This document shows positions 39,401 through 53,596 of a DNA stretch of 64,000 nt, one piece after another (positions within the stretch are counted from its first letter, which is position 1; each line of letters starts with the position of its first letter). The translations under genes and the position numbers were made by a program. The notes beneath the pieces are model-generated. The model saw only the letters and a program-made list of their open reading frames with translations. It made no database searches and had not been told where the DNA came from. The DNA is from Lytechinus pictus (lineage: Eukaryota), in assembly GCF_037042905.1 (NCBI RefSeq), contig NC_087245.1, forward strand, positions 22,756,001 to 22,820,000. The letters are read 5' to 3'.

Positions 39401-42400
39401 ACCAGTAGGTCAAAATCCCTTTGTCCCTCTTGTACATGCTCTCCCTTGTTATAACTGCTAAAGCTGAAATGACACAAAAGTGAAATGATCAATTAATACA
39501 AAAACACTTTGACAATATTTAGTCAATAATCAACCATAATAGCAAGGATAAATCTTGAAAATGGGTTTTGTAACACAAATATTTATAATTGTAGTTTAGT
39601 TGATTTGAATGCGTGATTTCATATCTGACCAGTCACCCCAAACCAACAATGAGTTGCTAGGAAGGTTCTCTGTAAATAGCCAAAATAGTATTAATGTTTG
39701 GTCTTCATAAAGCATAAATTTGAAAATTAGCTTATCTAAAATATTAATTTTTGATCTTCATACGGTCAAGATTTGAAGTTGCCGAGTTGAATGAAAATGA
39801 GGATATAAGAGTTTCTTTTGCACCACTTTTTGAGAACTGCTTGAAAGTTTCACTGATATTGCAGAACGTGCACATTTCATGCTTGAGTGAACCCTGACCT
39901 TCAAACTTTGTTTTATGAAGCTCTTGCAGAATTTCTTCTGCATTCAATCAAGTACTTGTGAGGGTTATTGTTAATCAATTTTGACAAGTTTTATATCATT
40001 TCAACTCTTAGGATGTGCTTGTTAAAGATCAATTAAATTAAATCTAAAAATATGTTTTGAACGACTAATTGTCAGTTTTGGGGGGCTGGTCACATATAAT
40101 GGTCAATGTAAGCAAGTGCAAAATTTAGACCCACAACCAACCACTTGGCTGTTTTATAGGGTTCCAATCAGAAGAGTGGGAAACCTCTCAAGAAAAGATG
40201 TTTCATGGCCAAAAATATGTAGCCAAGGAATTCATTTTACTTTTGGCAGGAACATGCCATACCCAAGAACACTGTAGCGATACCTCTCTGTTGTGACCAG
40301 AGTTTGCTTTGCCCCAAACACTGACTTCAGTATTCAACATCACACATGTACTTGAACAATATAACATATCTGATTTGAGCTAGGTTTTCTCCGGATATAA
40401 CATTACAGAAAAGACATCAATCGACCACCCTAGAGTAGACCTCAACCTTGAAATATGGGTTCCTATTGTTCCTGTTCCTCCTCTTGGAATATTAACCTAT
40501 TATATTAAATATTGAATTTAAATTTGTATTTAACTTAAAAAAGGAAATTCTCAATAAATTTGAAACAAAATCCCTGTAACAACTCCCACCTTCATCCTCA
40601 CATGCATGTCAAAAGAGAAATTATTTTAGGGTTTGTCAGTAATTTTCACTGACAGATGTTATAAGCTACATCAATCCTTGCATCTGATCCCGGAGGGGCC
40701 ACTTCCATTAACAAGTGGATACCATGCGCGACCATGGGGTCTTGAAGAGCCGCCTAAACACGTATTTTCTATATTCTGAGAATGCACCCCTTAACAAGTA
40801 TTGGCGTGTGAAACCCTACCCTTAACAAGTATTGGAAACAAATACTATTGGCAAGTATTCCCAAAATTGAGCCCCTAAACCAGTACAGTGATAACAGTGA
40901 TGTATTTTCCATATTCTGAAAATGCACCCCTTAACAAGTATTGGAAACAAAACGATACTCTTGGCAAGTATTTCCTGAAATGAACCCCTAAACAAGTACA
41001 GCGATATTTTATTGATGTGTCACGGGTCCGTCAGTTGTCGGTTTTACCTTTACACACCATTATTTTGGTTTAGTACGGTCACACCTCGCGCAAATCGAAC
41101 TCTAAACACGTAGTGTTGGGGCAAAAGGACATCCTTTATAAAAATTTTTTATTTTGTTTTATCATCCCCGCATATTTGACCCTAAACACGTATATTTTTC
41201 CGAGCAAAATAGATACTCTTTTTTCAATATTTTTTGTGATTTTGACACCCTTTTCACGTTACGTACGTAATATGCCCTGAAATAGACATCCTTTTTACAT
41301 GTTTTTTGGTCGCGCATGGTATCCACCTGTCAATGTAAGTGGCCCCCCCCCCCCGGCCATCTGATTGGCTGACATAAAATAAAAGTCAGTGAAATACACT
41401 GACAAAAACCTTTCATGAAAATCTCCCCTGAAATATGACGTTGTTTTACTTACCATTTGAGGTTTATTAGTCTGCAGCCTGACCTACGGAACGATAGACA
41501 GCCGTCTGCTGGGTGGGCGGGACACTGGACTATTGGCAGGCGATGAGGATGCAGAAAAGCTGATTGGTTGATATAGTGGCTAAGTTTACACAGAGGCAGC
41601 ACAGGAGAGGCATTACCCCCTGGGTGTGAAGGCATCGATGATCTCCCATCAGAGACACCTGTAAACAATGAGATTTAAGGAAACAAAAATTTTCACTGAC
41701 ACGCGTTAAAGCTACAGGACATTTATGCATTTGATTGGCTAAATGCAAATTAAAGACAGTGAAAATCAAAGACAAAAGCTTTCATGAAACACTCTCCTAA
41801 AATAGGATGTAGTTTAATACTTACCACCTGAAGTTATAGATCTTTAGCCAGACCTGGGGATCAACAGACAGCTGTCTGCTGGGTGGGCGGGGCACTGGAC
41901 TATGGGCGGGTGATGAGAATGCAGAGAAGCTGATTGGTTGGCTGGTATAGTTGCTATGGCTGTCTACCGAGGGACAACAGGGGAGGGGCCACACCTGCGG
42001 GTAAGGGGGCATTGATGATCACCTGTCAGAGACACCTGGTAAACAATGAATGTAGAGGGTTGGTCATTAAAGTGAATTATATACAAGAAACTCTATGATT
42101 TTACTTCTTAATTTGGTTGTACACACATCACTTGTCCTCCAACTTTATATCTATATGATTTGTTGATTTTCTTTGATAATCTCGATTCGAGTATATCTTT
42201 TTTTTAACCAATGTTTGGAATTCAAATGAAGCAATCTTTTAAAGCTAGCTCACCTACAGATACTTAAAATCATATGAATTGACATTATTATTTAAATATT
42301 TATACAATTTTTATGACAAAATTATCCTTGCGTCCCTGATGCGTACGTTCGGGCGCTACAGTGATAAAAATACAGTGGTTGCTCTCCTAGTCATATATTC

Positions 42401-45400
42401 TTTGAAAGAGATTAATAATCTAGAATGAGATCTTTAAATTGCTGAAAAGTCTGCCAATCCGTTTCTGTAATGTCTGCTTTTGGAAAACAAGATATAATTC
42501 TTGCGGGATCCAGTAAGAAATCATTAATCATTGACCGATAAATATTACATGCAATCAGTTACAATAACTCCCTACCTCTTGTAAATTTTATTGTATTTGC
42601 CAAAGAAGTTAACACTAAAAACAATAAGAGAATTTTCAGAATACCTTTTATCTCGATATGTTATCTTGCGCAAAGAGAAATTTATGCTTTGCGCATACTT
42701 TAGCTATGACATCATGCGCCCTCAGTGAAAGTTACAAGAAATGTTACAAGAATGGTTTTAAAAGATTTCACAGTATATAAATTTTATTGTAACAGTGAAG
42801 ATACACAAGAAAATTTGTCTTTATTGAAAATACAATTTTCAGAATACTGTCCTCGGAATGTTAAGAAGTTTATTGCAAATGTCTTGTCCCCATACCAATA
42901 CACACAAAATGAGGAAAGGTAAGGGATGTTTACTGCATTACTTGGAATAATACAAATTTTTATTTGTAATGATAGATGGTATGGGTAAAGGGCAAATGAA
43001 TAAAAAAAATGCCTTCACCCTGAATTGAACCAAGGGTCTCCAACTGGATATCTATTGCTTCACCAATAAACCAAGATATTTACTATATTTAGTCTTAGGT
43101 TCTTATCTAACCAAGTGCTCTGTGTGAATTGTGCAAGCAAATTTTTTCACAAACCAGCATACCGACTATTAAAGCACAGATTAAACAAAACTTGTCTTAA
43201 AAAAAAAAATCATTTGTTGTGTCTCTAGGAAAATAGGCAGATGAACGATCCTAAGACAATTCACAAAAAGTTCGGTATTCAAAACATAATTTGAATTAGC
43301 AAAATATTTAAAAGCATTTATTTCAGAGACATATTTTCACATTGCAAGCCTGCTGGCTGTATATATTGTCAGCAGGGTCCCGCAATACAAAGGTTAGATA
43401 TTGATCTCACGCTTGATTTTAACGATTGATTGCACATTGTATTCAATGGAATCAATCGTGGAAAATGTTTTACTATCATTGCTAAGCTTTGTGTTACGGG
43501 TCCCAGATCATATAAAATACATGCTCTTGACTTACATTCTTAATTCAAATACAGTCTTCCATAGACTTCACTATCTCTGTAGCCTCTGTTTTGCAAGGTC
43601 GATAGGTCCTTTGCGTTTGGCAATATAACCAGTAGGTCAAAATCCCTTTGTCCCTCTTGTACATGCTCTCCCTTGTTATAACTGCTAAAGCTGAAATGAC
43701 ACAAAAGTGAAATGATCAATTAATACAAAAACACTTTGACAATATTTAGTCAATAATCAACCATAATAGCAAGGATAAATCTTGAAAATGGGTTTTGTAA
43801 CACAAATATTTATAATTGTAGTTTAGTTGATTTGAATGCGTGATTTCATATCTGACCAGTCACCCCAAACCAACAATGAGTTGCTAGGAAGGTTCTCTGT
43901 AAATAGCCAAAATAGTATTAATGTTTGGTCTTCATAAAGCATAAATTTGAAAATTAGCTTATCTAAAATATTAATTTTTGATCTTCATACGGTCAAGATT
44001 TGAAGTTGCCGAGTTGAATGAAAATGAGGATATAAGAGTTTCTTTTGCACCACTTTTTGAGAACTGCTTGAAAGTTTCACTGATATTGCAGAACGTGCAC
44101 ATTTCATGCTTGAGTGAACCCTGACCTTCAAACTTTGTTTTATGAAGCTCTTGCAGAATTTCTTATGCATTCAATCAAGTACTTGTGAGGGTTATTGTTA
44201 ATCAATTTTGACAAGTTTTATATCATTTCAACTCTTAGGATGTGCTTGTTAAAGATCAATTAAATTAAATCTAAAAATTTGTTTTGAACGACTAATTGTC
44301 AGTTTTGGGGGGCTGGTCACATATAATGGTCAATGTAAGCAAGTGCAAAATTTAGACCCACAACCAACCACTTGGCTGTTTTATAGGGTTCCAATCAGAA
44401 GAGTGGGAAACCTCTCAAGAAAAGATGTTTCATGGCCAAAAATATGTAGCCAAGGAATTCATTTTACTTTTGGCAGGAACATGCCATACCCAAGAACACT
44501 GTAGCGATACCTCTCTGTTGTGACCAGAGTTTGCTTTGCCCCAAACACTGACTTCAGTATTCAACATCACACATGTACTTGAACAATATAACATATCTGA
44601 TTTGAGCTAGGTTTTCTCCGGATATAACATTACAGAAAAGACATCAATCGACCACCCTAGAGTAGACCTCAACCTTGAAATATGGGTTCCTATTGTTCCT
44701 GTTCCTCCTCTTGGAATATTAACCTATTATATTAAATATTGAATTTAAATTTGTATTTAACTTAAAAAAGGAAATTCACAATAAATTTGAAACAAAATCC
44801 CTGTAACAACTCCCACCTTCATCCTCACATGCATGTCAAAAGAGAAATTATTTTAGGGTTGGTCAGTAATTTTCACTGACAGATGTTATAAGCTACATCA
44901 ATCCTTGCATCTGATCCCGGAGGGGCCACTTCCATTAACAAGTGGATACCATGCGCGACCATGGGGTCTTGAAGAGCCGCCTAAACACGTATTTTCTATA
45001 TTCTGAGAATGCACCCCTTAACAAGTATTGGCGTGTGAAACCCTACCCTTAACAAGTATTGGAAACAAATACTATTGGCAAGTATTCCCAAAATTGAGCC
45101 CCTAAACCAGTACAGTGATAACAGTGATGTATTTTCCATATTCTGAAAATGCACCCCTTAACAAGTATTGGAAACAAAACGATACTCTTGGCAAGTATTT
45201 CCTGAAATGAACCCCTAAACAAGTACAGCGATATTTTATTGATGTGTCACGGGTCCGTCAGTTGTCGGTTTTACCTTTACACACCATTATTTTGGTTTAG
45301 TACGGTCACACCTCGCGCAAATCGAACTCTAAACACGTAGTGTTGGGGCAAAAGGACATCCTTTATAAAACATTTTTATTTTGTTTTATCATCCCCGCAT

Positions 45401-48400
45401 ATTTGACCCTAAACACGTATATTTTTCCAAGCAAAATAGATACTCTTTTTTCAATATTTTTTGTGATTTTGACACCCTTTTCACGTTACATACGTAATAT
45501 GCACTGAAATAGACATCCTTTTTACGTGTTTTTTGGTCGTGCATGGTATCCACCTGTCAATGTAAGTGGCCCCCCCCCCGGCCATCTGATTGGCTGACAT
45601 AAAATAAAAGTCAGTGAAATACACTGACAAAAACCTTTCATGAAAATCTCCCCTGAAATATGACGTTGTTTTACTTACCATTTGAGGTTTATTAGTCTTC
45701 AGCCTGACCTACGGAACGATAGATAGCCGTCTGCTGGGTGGGCGGGACACTGGACTATTGGCAGGCGATGAGGATGCAGAAAAGCTGATTGGTTGATATA
45801 GTGGCTAAGTTTACACAGAGGCAGCACAGGAGAGGCATTACCCCCTGGGTGTGAAGGCATCGATGATCTCCCATCAGAGACACCTGTAAACAATGAGATT
45901 TAAGGAAACAAAAATTTTCACTGACACGCGTTAAAGCTACAGGACATTTATGCATTTGATTGGCTAAATGCAAATTAAAGACAGTGAAAATCAAAGACAA
46001 AAGCTTTCATGAAACACTCTCCTAAAATAGGATGTAGTTTAATACTTACCACCTGAAGTTATAGATCTTTAGCCAGACCTGGGGATCAACAGACAGCTGT
46101 CTGCTGGGTGGGCGGGGCACTGGACTATGGGCGGGTGATGAGAATGCAGAGAAGCTGATTGGTTGGCTGGTATAGTTGCTATGGCTGTCTACCGAGGGAC
46201 AACAGGATATGGCCACACTTGCGTGTAAGGGGGCATTGATGATCACCTGTCAGAGACACCTGGTAAACAATGAATGTAGAGGGTTGGTCATTAAAGTGAA
46301 TTATATACAAGAAACTCTATGATTTTACTTCTTAATTTGGTTGTACACACATCACTTGTCCTCCAACTTTATATCTATATGATTTGTTGATTTTCTTTGA
46401 TAATCTCGATTCGAGTATATCTTTTTTTTAACCAATGTTTGGAATTCAAATGAAGCAATCTTTTAAAGCTAGCTCACCTACAGATACTTAAAATCATATG
46501 AATTGACATTATTATTTAAATATTTATACAATTTTTATGACAAAATTATCCTTGCGTCCCTGATGCTCACATTCTGGCGCTACAGTGGTAAAAATACAGT
46601 GGTTGTTCTCCTAGTCATATATTCTTTGAAAGAGATTAATAATCTAGAATGAGATCTTTAAATTGCTGAAAAGTCTGCCAATCCGTTTCTGTAATGTCTG
46701 CTTTGAAAAACAAGACGTTCTTGCGGGATCCAGCAAGAAATCATTAATCATTGACCGATAAATATTGCATGCAATCAGTTACAATAACTCCCTACCTCTT
46801 GTAAATTTTATTGTATTTGCCAAAGAAGTTAACACTAAAAACAATAAGAGAATTTTCAGAATACCTTTTATCTCGATATGTTATCTTGCGCAAAGAGAAA
46901 TTTATGCTTTGCGCATACTTTAGCTATGACATCATGCGCCCTCAGTGAAAGTTACAAGAAATGTTACAAGAATGGTTTTAAAAGATTTCACAGTATATAA
47001 ATTTTATTGTAACAGTAAAGATACACAAGAAAATTTGTCTTTATTGAAAATACAATTTTTAGAATACTGTCCTCGGAATTTTAAGAAGTTTATTGCAAAT
47101 GTCTTGTCCCCATACCAATACACACAAAATGAGAAAAGGTAAGGGATGTTTACTGCATTACTGGGAATAATACAATTTTTTATTTGTAATGATAGATGGT
47201 ATGGGTAAAGGGCAAATGAATAAAAAAAATGCCTTCACCCTGAATTGAACCAAGGGTCTCCAACTGGATATCTATTGCTTCACCAATAAACCAAGATATT
47301 TACCATATTTAGTCTTAGGTTCTTATCTAACCAAGTGCTCTGTGTGAATTGTGCAAGCAAATTTTTTCACAAACCAGCATACCGACTATTAAAGCACAGA
47401 TTAAACAAAACTTGTCTTTAAAAAAAAAATCATTTGTTGTGTCTCTAGGAAAATAGGTAGATGAACCATCCTAAGACAATTCACAAAAAGTTCGGTATTC
47501 AAAACATAATTTGAATTAGCAAAATATTTAAAAGCATTTATTTCAGAGACATATTTTCACATCGCAAGCCTGCTGGCTGTATATATTGTCAGCAGGGTCC
47601 CGCAATACAAAGGTTAGATATTGATCTCACGCTTGATTCTAACGATTGATTGCACATTGTATTCAATGGAATCAATCGTGGAAAATGTTTTACTATCATT
47701 GCTAAGCTTTGTGTTACGGGTCCCAGACCATATAAAATACATGCTCTTGACTTACATTCTTAATTCAAATACAGTCTTCCATAGACTTCACTATCTCTGT
47801 AGCCTCTGTTTTGCAAGGTCGATAGGTCCTTTGCGTTTGGCAATATAACCAGTAGGTCAAAATCCCTTTGTCCCTCTTCTAGCATGCTCTTCCTTGTTAT
47901 AACTGCTAAAGCTGAAATGACACAAAAGTGATATGATCAATTAATACAAAAACACTTTGACAATATTTAGTCAATAATCAACCATAATAGCAAGGATAAA
48001 TCTTGGAAATGGGTTTTGTAACACAAATATTTATAATTGTAGTTTAGTTGATTTGAACGCGTGATTTCATATCTGACCAGTCACCCCAAACCAACAATGA
48101 GATGCTAGGAAGGTTCTCTGTAAATAGACAATAGTATTAATATTTGGTCTTCAAAGAGCAAATATTTAAAAATTAGCTCATCTAAAATATTAATTTTTGC
48201 TCTTCATACGGTCAAGATTTGAAGTTGCCGAGTTGAATGAAAATGAGGATATAAGAGTTTCTTTTGCACCACTTTTTGAGAACTGCTTGAAAGTTTCACT
48301 GATATTGCAGAATGTGTACATCTCATGCTTGAGTGAACCCTGACCTTCAAACTTTGTTTTATGAAGCTCATCAAGTACTTGTGAGGGTTATTGTCAATCA

Positions 48401-49997
48401 ATTTTGACAAGTTATTAATTATTTTAAAGCTTAAAATGTGCTCTTTATAACTCAATGAAAATCTCAAAATTCATTTTGGCTGACTAATTGTTGGTTAAAA
48501 AGAATAATCTTTGACCAAAGTAGCCACCTGCCTGACAGCGACTACATTTTATTGTCCATGCCACCAAGTCATGAACAATAGATGCCCAGACTCTCTTTCA
48601 TGATGAATGTCTAATCCGCGCTCCCTCCTGACCTATTATCGAGGAGAGCAATTTAGCACAGGATGTTCATAGAAATCGGGGCACGCGCGCGTCTTTTGAT
48701 TTGACAATTGAATACTTTCAAAGGTTCCCATACGAACAACAGCTTTTCATTCCGTTGAGATCAAGATTAAAATTCCCCTGTCTCTTTCCCCAACACCTTC
48801 CATTGACTTATTGCCATTGAAATACATTATTTTTATTCAAATATTTGTTTCGACTTTAAGACATTTAGCATTGACAATATGCGTCAAATTGACTGTAATC
48901 TAAATGATGATGATAGTGATGATGGTAAAGATAGCATGGATAATGTCGAGAATGATAACAAGAAACCAAGGGGAAAAACAGCACACCTCCGCCACCATGA
49001 CCACCAGCACAAGCACTGGCATCGTTACTTCCACTTATCAACAGTATTAAGAAAAAAAAATAGTTTAGAATAATTAAATTAACTTGTAGCTGAAGCCTAT
49101 TTTGCATATTTAGAAATAAAGGGTAAAGATGAGATTTAAGATTGAAGAAATGTATAGGCTATATAATCCTTGACAGATCATAAATACAGGAAATTGAAAG
49201 ATAAAAGAGCAAACAGAAATAAAGAAGCAATGGGGTGTGAAGGTAGAAATTACTAACAATTTGTAGAAATTTAGATCTTTATAATTTGTTGAACCTTACG
49301 ATTATTTATTCAAATAATATGTTTGTAATGGATCATCTATAAGAAAAGTAAGATATTGCTTTCAACAATATCAGAAATTAAATTTTCTAAACCTCTTTAT
49401 TTGTAATATTTATAATTACCCCATCATTAAAAATATCAATCTCACCTCCCCTTCCCTGAAATAAAAAATGAAATGGACATTACTTGCTGTTCAAATGATA
49501 TATAAGTGACACCACTGAATTTCTTTATACCGTGCATTGTCAATATTTAATTCAAAACTCGCTTGATTCGCTCACTCCCATTTTTCTTTTTTTTATCTTC
49601 CTTACACCCATCATATTTTTTATTTCACCCTTGTCACATTGACAACATATATTTTGTTGATGATCAAAATCATATTTAGGTTTCTTTCCGTAACTGATGC
49701 AAATTTAATGTTTATTTTTCCACCGAACTTGGTACGTAATTTGGTGTTGCTATCAAATTTGCTTGATTTACATGTATATGCTACCAGATTTGACATGAGC
49801 TCAGCGTGTAGGGGAATTTACCCATCATCTTTTTGCTGGCAAAAAGGGAGAAACAAAAGGACTTGTACGTAATTTGGTGTTGTTAGATTTAGCAAACCGG
49901 CTAAAAAACCTGTATGCAACGAAAAGGAGCAAAGGAGGAACATGAATAATCATTTTTTGTCGTAGAAGCTTTCAGATTTCTTCATGAGAATGCTTTA

Positions 49998-50476
49998 TAT
50001 GAAGAGCTCACTTGCAAAAGTGGTTAGGTCCATTTTTTTATCAAATTTGATTTTTTTTGTCTCAATGTATAGATTTTTAGTAGCTCTATGAAATGATAAA
50101 GAAAAGTTGAAATTCCAATTTAAAAGTGATATAAAATGGCAAAGAAAAATCACTTTTTTTTCAAAAGGGGTTACGTCCATCTCATAAATAAAAGTGGCAA
50201 AGAAAAATCACCTTTTCAATCAAAATAGATTGGATTCATTTCAGTTTAGTTGCAAAAGGGGTTAGGTCCACAATGATAATTTTTAAAAGATATAGAAAAA
50301 AATTGAAGATGGGTAGATTTCTTTTATACCCAATTTTATGTTCACATGATAGGGTAGTACATCATGACAATTTAGTTTCTCATTAGAGTATTGCAGTAAG
50401 TGAGAATAAAAAAACATGGTTTTTCTCGGAATGGTAAAAAGTGGACCTAACCCCTTTTGCAACTAAACTCTTCATA
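49998..50476. mobile_element. MITE with subterminal repeats
   Basis: tatgaagagctcacttgcaaaagtggttaggtcca / tggacctaaccccttttgcaactaaactcttcata. Internal copies of aaaggggttaggtcca. Confidence 0.8.
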
Positions 50477-52529
50477 TATATTATGTAACTCCCATGTTGA
50501 TACAGACTGTCAAATGTGCATGCTTCATTTTTGTAGGCACCAGCGTCTCTTCATCACACTCTTTCCCCTTCTGCAGATCTGACCCTGACATTTAAAAACA
50601 AAACGTATACTTTCTTTCTTGAGTACTATACTTCTTCCAGCAATAAAACAAAGGTCATCATTGAAATAAAATAAAAATCTTGCTTCCTTTTGCACTGGCT
50701 TAATTGAAAAAAGTATTTTTCTTAGGTGACATCATGTCAGCCAGTTGCATAAATCCGGTTCGACCAAGATGTAGAAATGGGTGTAGATATTTTGGAGGTG
50801 TACACAAAATTCCTATCGCAAAGGTTATATCCGCGGCATCACTTGAGTATGGTTATAATGAGCCATTTATGAATTCCATAAGTCCAACGTGTATGTACCA
50901 AAGGCGGGAGGTCCTATTCTAAGAAATTAAGTATGTCACAATTAAATCTATCAAAACGGTCATCAAAAAAGAAGGAAAAAAATGGAAATGAATGAGAAAT
51001 GGGTAAGATGTGATGATATTTTCTGCATAACATGTCAAAATCTATACTACAAAATGAGATTTTCATTTTATTTTATTCCTAGCTCACTCGGGACTTTGAC
51101 AGGCACCATGTTGTGGCCTCTCATTTTGGGGTATCATTGTATTATGTAATTTATTTTCCAGCGTTACGGAGTATAGCTGGTACATTTTGTTTAGACGGCA
51201 ACGTATGAATGCTAAGTCAGGCAAGCGTAGCGGTCTTGACGACGTTGGATAATTTGAACTTGACATATAGGGTAATTTGTATATGAAAAGAAGTAGATTC
51301 TTGAGTTGGGCGTAGAGAACGCAGAGGATCATTCTAGCCTTCTACAGCATAATACTAGCACGTCTTTTTTAAAAAGACAAATTAGTTACCCGAGTTAATA
51401 TTTTAAGAATCCATTATTAAGTTCGCTTTATGTCTGGTAACAATGTTTGTAATAGCCTAGGCTTTTTCAGAGTTTTTGCGCTTATTAGTTTTTATCTCTG
51501 TTTTTTCATCCCGGGCTAATAGAATATAAAACCTATGAAGATGATGTACCTTAAAACACAATACTGAAGAAGCAATTGGTTTGTTTTCACGTTTGCGAAA
51601 TATGACAACTGTGTTGTCAAATGTATTGATTATTTGATATTATTGAATAAAGACCTCGCCGGCTCGATCGTGCTAGTAGCTTGGCAGGCTAATCCCAAAA
51701 TAACATGTATTTTGGTTTTTGTGGGTTCGTACTCAATAGTTGTTATAGTGTGTAATGAGAGATTTGTAAGACTTATGCTGTGAACGTTGGAGGATGAACC
51801 ATGTGTTGTCTACCCCCGTATATATAGCCCTTGATGTGGGGGTGGCCCAAATTTTTAATTTTCAGCTAAATATATTGACCCTATAGTCACCCTCACTCCT
51901 CGGACCCGATTAACGCCACTGCAATGATTGTAACTTAAATGTTAAAGTTACATATTAACATGGGAAACTACAAAGATATAATTATGCTATTGTATTAAAA
52001 GATTATTCCATTAATGTAATAGACACAACCTCGTTTTAGTTACGTGTATTTATTCAATCCTAACTTTTTTACTCTGTATTTAATGTGTGCATATGTTTTT
52101 ATTGATAAGCTCATATCACACATGTAATTATTTAGTTTTTCATGGAATTGTGGAAAATAAAATTTGAACTTTGAATTTCTGAATTATGATGGATATCTGC
52201 AATAGGATGGAGAAGTTACCCTCAAAGGATTATAAACTGAAGATTTGGATGATTGAGATAACTTTGTCACCTTACAAGTTGAAATCAAACAATAGGATGT
52301 CGCTCTTTTTGAAGTCCCCGCCGCGGTGTCAAACAATAGACCGGCTAAAACAATGCGTTAATTGACTGGCGAAACGACCAATCAAAAGGTACTGTCATTT
52401 AACTTATCTCTTATCAAAGCTCTATAAATAATTGGTGGTTTTATGAAGTTAGCCATTCACTATCAGATCCTTATCAGAAATTATTCACTGAAGCTAACGA
52501 TCGTATTATTTTATAACCAGATTATCGCA

Positions 52530-53596
52530 ATGGCTCCTCCGAGGAAGCGACGAAAGATTTTCACTGCAGACGAAGTTCGTGACATCCTAATGGAGTCAGA
52601 TTGGGAGATCGAAGATCCACGGGATGATTCTGTTGACAGGTGGAGTGATGAAGAAGACATGAACACTTTAGATGATACCAATATCACGTTTTATGATGAC
52701 CCTTATTATCCTTCTGAAAACAAAGAAAATTCTGTGAATACTTCTGCAGATAATGTGCCTGGACCTACAGATGCACAACATTGATCAACCGGCAACAGGT
52801 CCTGCATTAGTTCAACAACCTGGCCCTAGTCTGACACGTACGACTCCAATATGGACAAGATTAGCTGAATGCGACAATTTTACGCCTTCTAGGGCTCCAA
52901 TAGATGGACGAGCTCGCCTCAAATTCGACTTCACACCTGTGGATTTTTTTTACGAGTTTTATCCACGCTCCATATTTGAGCATATCACCGAGGAGACCAA
53001 CCGCTATGCATCCCAGTTTTTCGACTGCCCAGTTCAGGTTTTATCAGGTTCTCATTATAATGCATGGTGTGACACTGACGAAAGTGAGATGAGAGTTTTC
53101 ACCGCACTGCAAATCGCAGTGGGACTCGTAACGAAACCAGCTGTTGCGAACTATTGGGAAACCATCAGCGGTGTATTGGCAACACCGGGATTTGGAGAGG
53201 TTATGCCAAGGAATAGGTATCAATTGTTAAACGGTTTCCTCCACTTTAACAACAACAAGGGCATCATCACCCGTGGAAATCCGGGATTCGACCCAATGTT
53301 CAAAACTAGACCCCTTATCGACAAATCGGTGCCACAATACATGGACTCCTACGAACCTAGTTGCCATCTGAGTGTGGATGAAAGCCTTGTGCCCTTCAAG
53401 GGGCGCCTAGCTTACAAGCAGTATATCCCAAACAAAACAAAGTGGGGTATAAAGATGTGGGTTCTGTGTGACGCAGAGACTGGATTTTGTTTGAAGTGGC
53501 TTCCATATATACAGGAGCAGAGATTGGTCCACGTGGAGCTTCGGACAGCATTAGTGAAAGGATTGTGTAACGACTTGTGGAGCCATACTTTGGAAT
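52530..53596 (+). pseudogene. piggyBac (DDE_Tnp_1_7/PGBD-like) transposase, frameshifted and 3'-truncated
   Basis: Starts MAPPRKRRK plus an acidic N-terminus, with a frameshift near 52775. Continues TPVDFFYEF...EETNRYA...MPRNRYQLLNGFLHF...LSVDESLVPFKGRLAYKQYIPNKTKWGIKMWVLCDAETGF. A second frameshift near 53508 (YTG), then cut before the second catalytic Asp. Confidence 0.95.

Larger units (their letters stand above)
22170..48490. repeat. Tandem array of ~6.2 units, period 4221-4227 bp
   Basis: Near-identical ORF sets recur with starts 24768, 28989, 33215, 37441, 41668 and 45893 (spacings 4221, 4226, 4226, 4227, 4225). Central units are almost identical and edge units more diverged. Confidence 0.98.

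Noticed and set aside
24550..48467. Recurrent 60-87 aa ORFs in each unit as a small-protein gene family
   Set aside because: They cross splice sites or lie in MITEs, often use non-ATG starts, and recur only because the DNA is repeated. Some gain stops in units 5-7.
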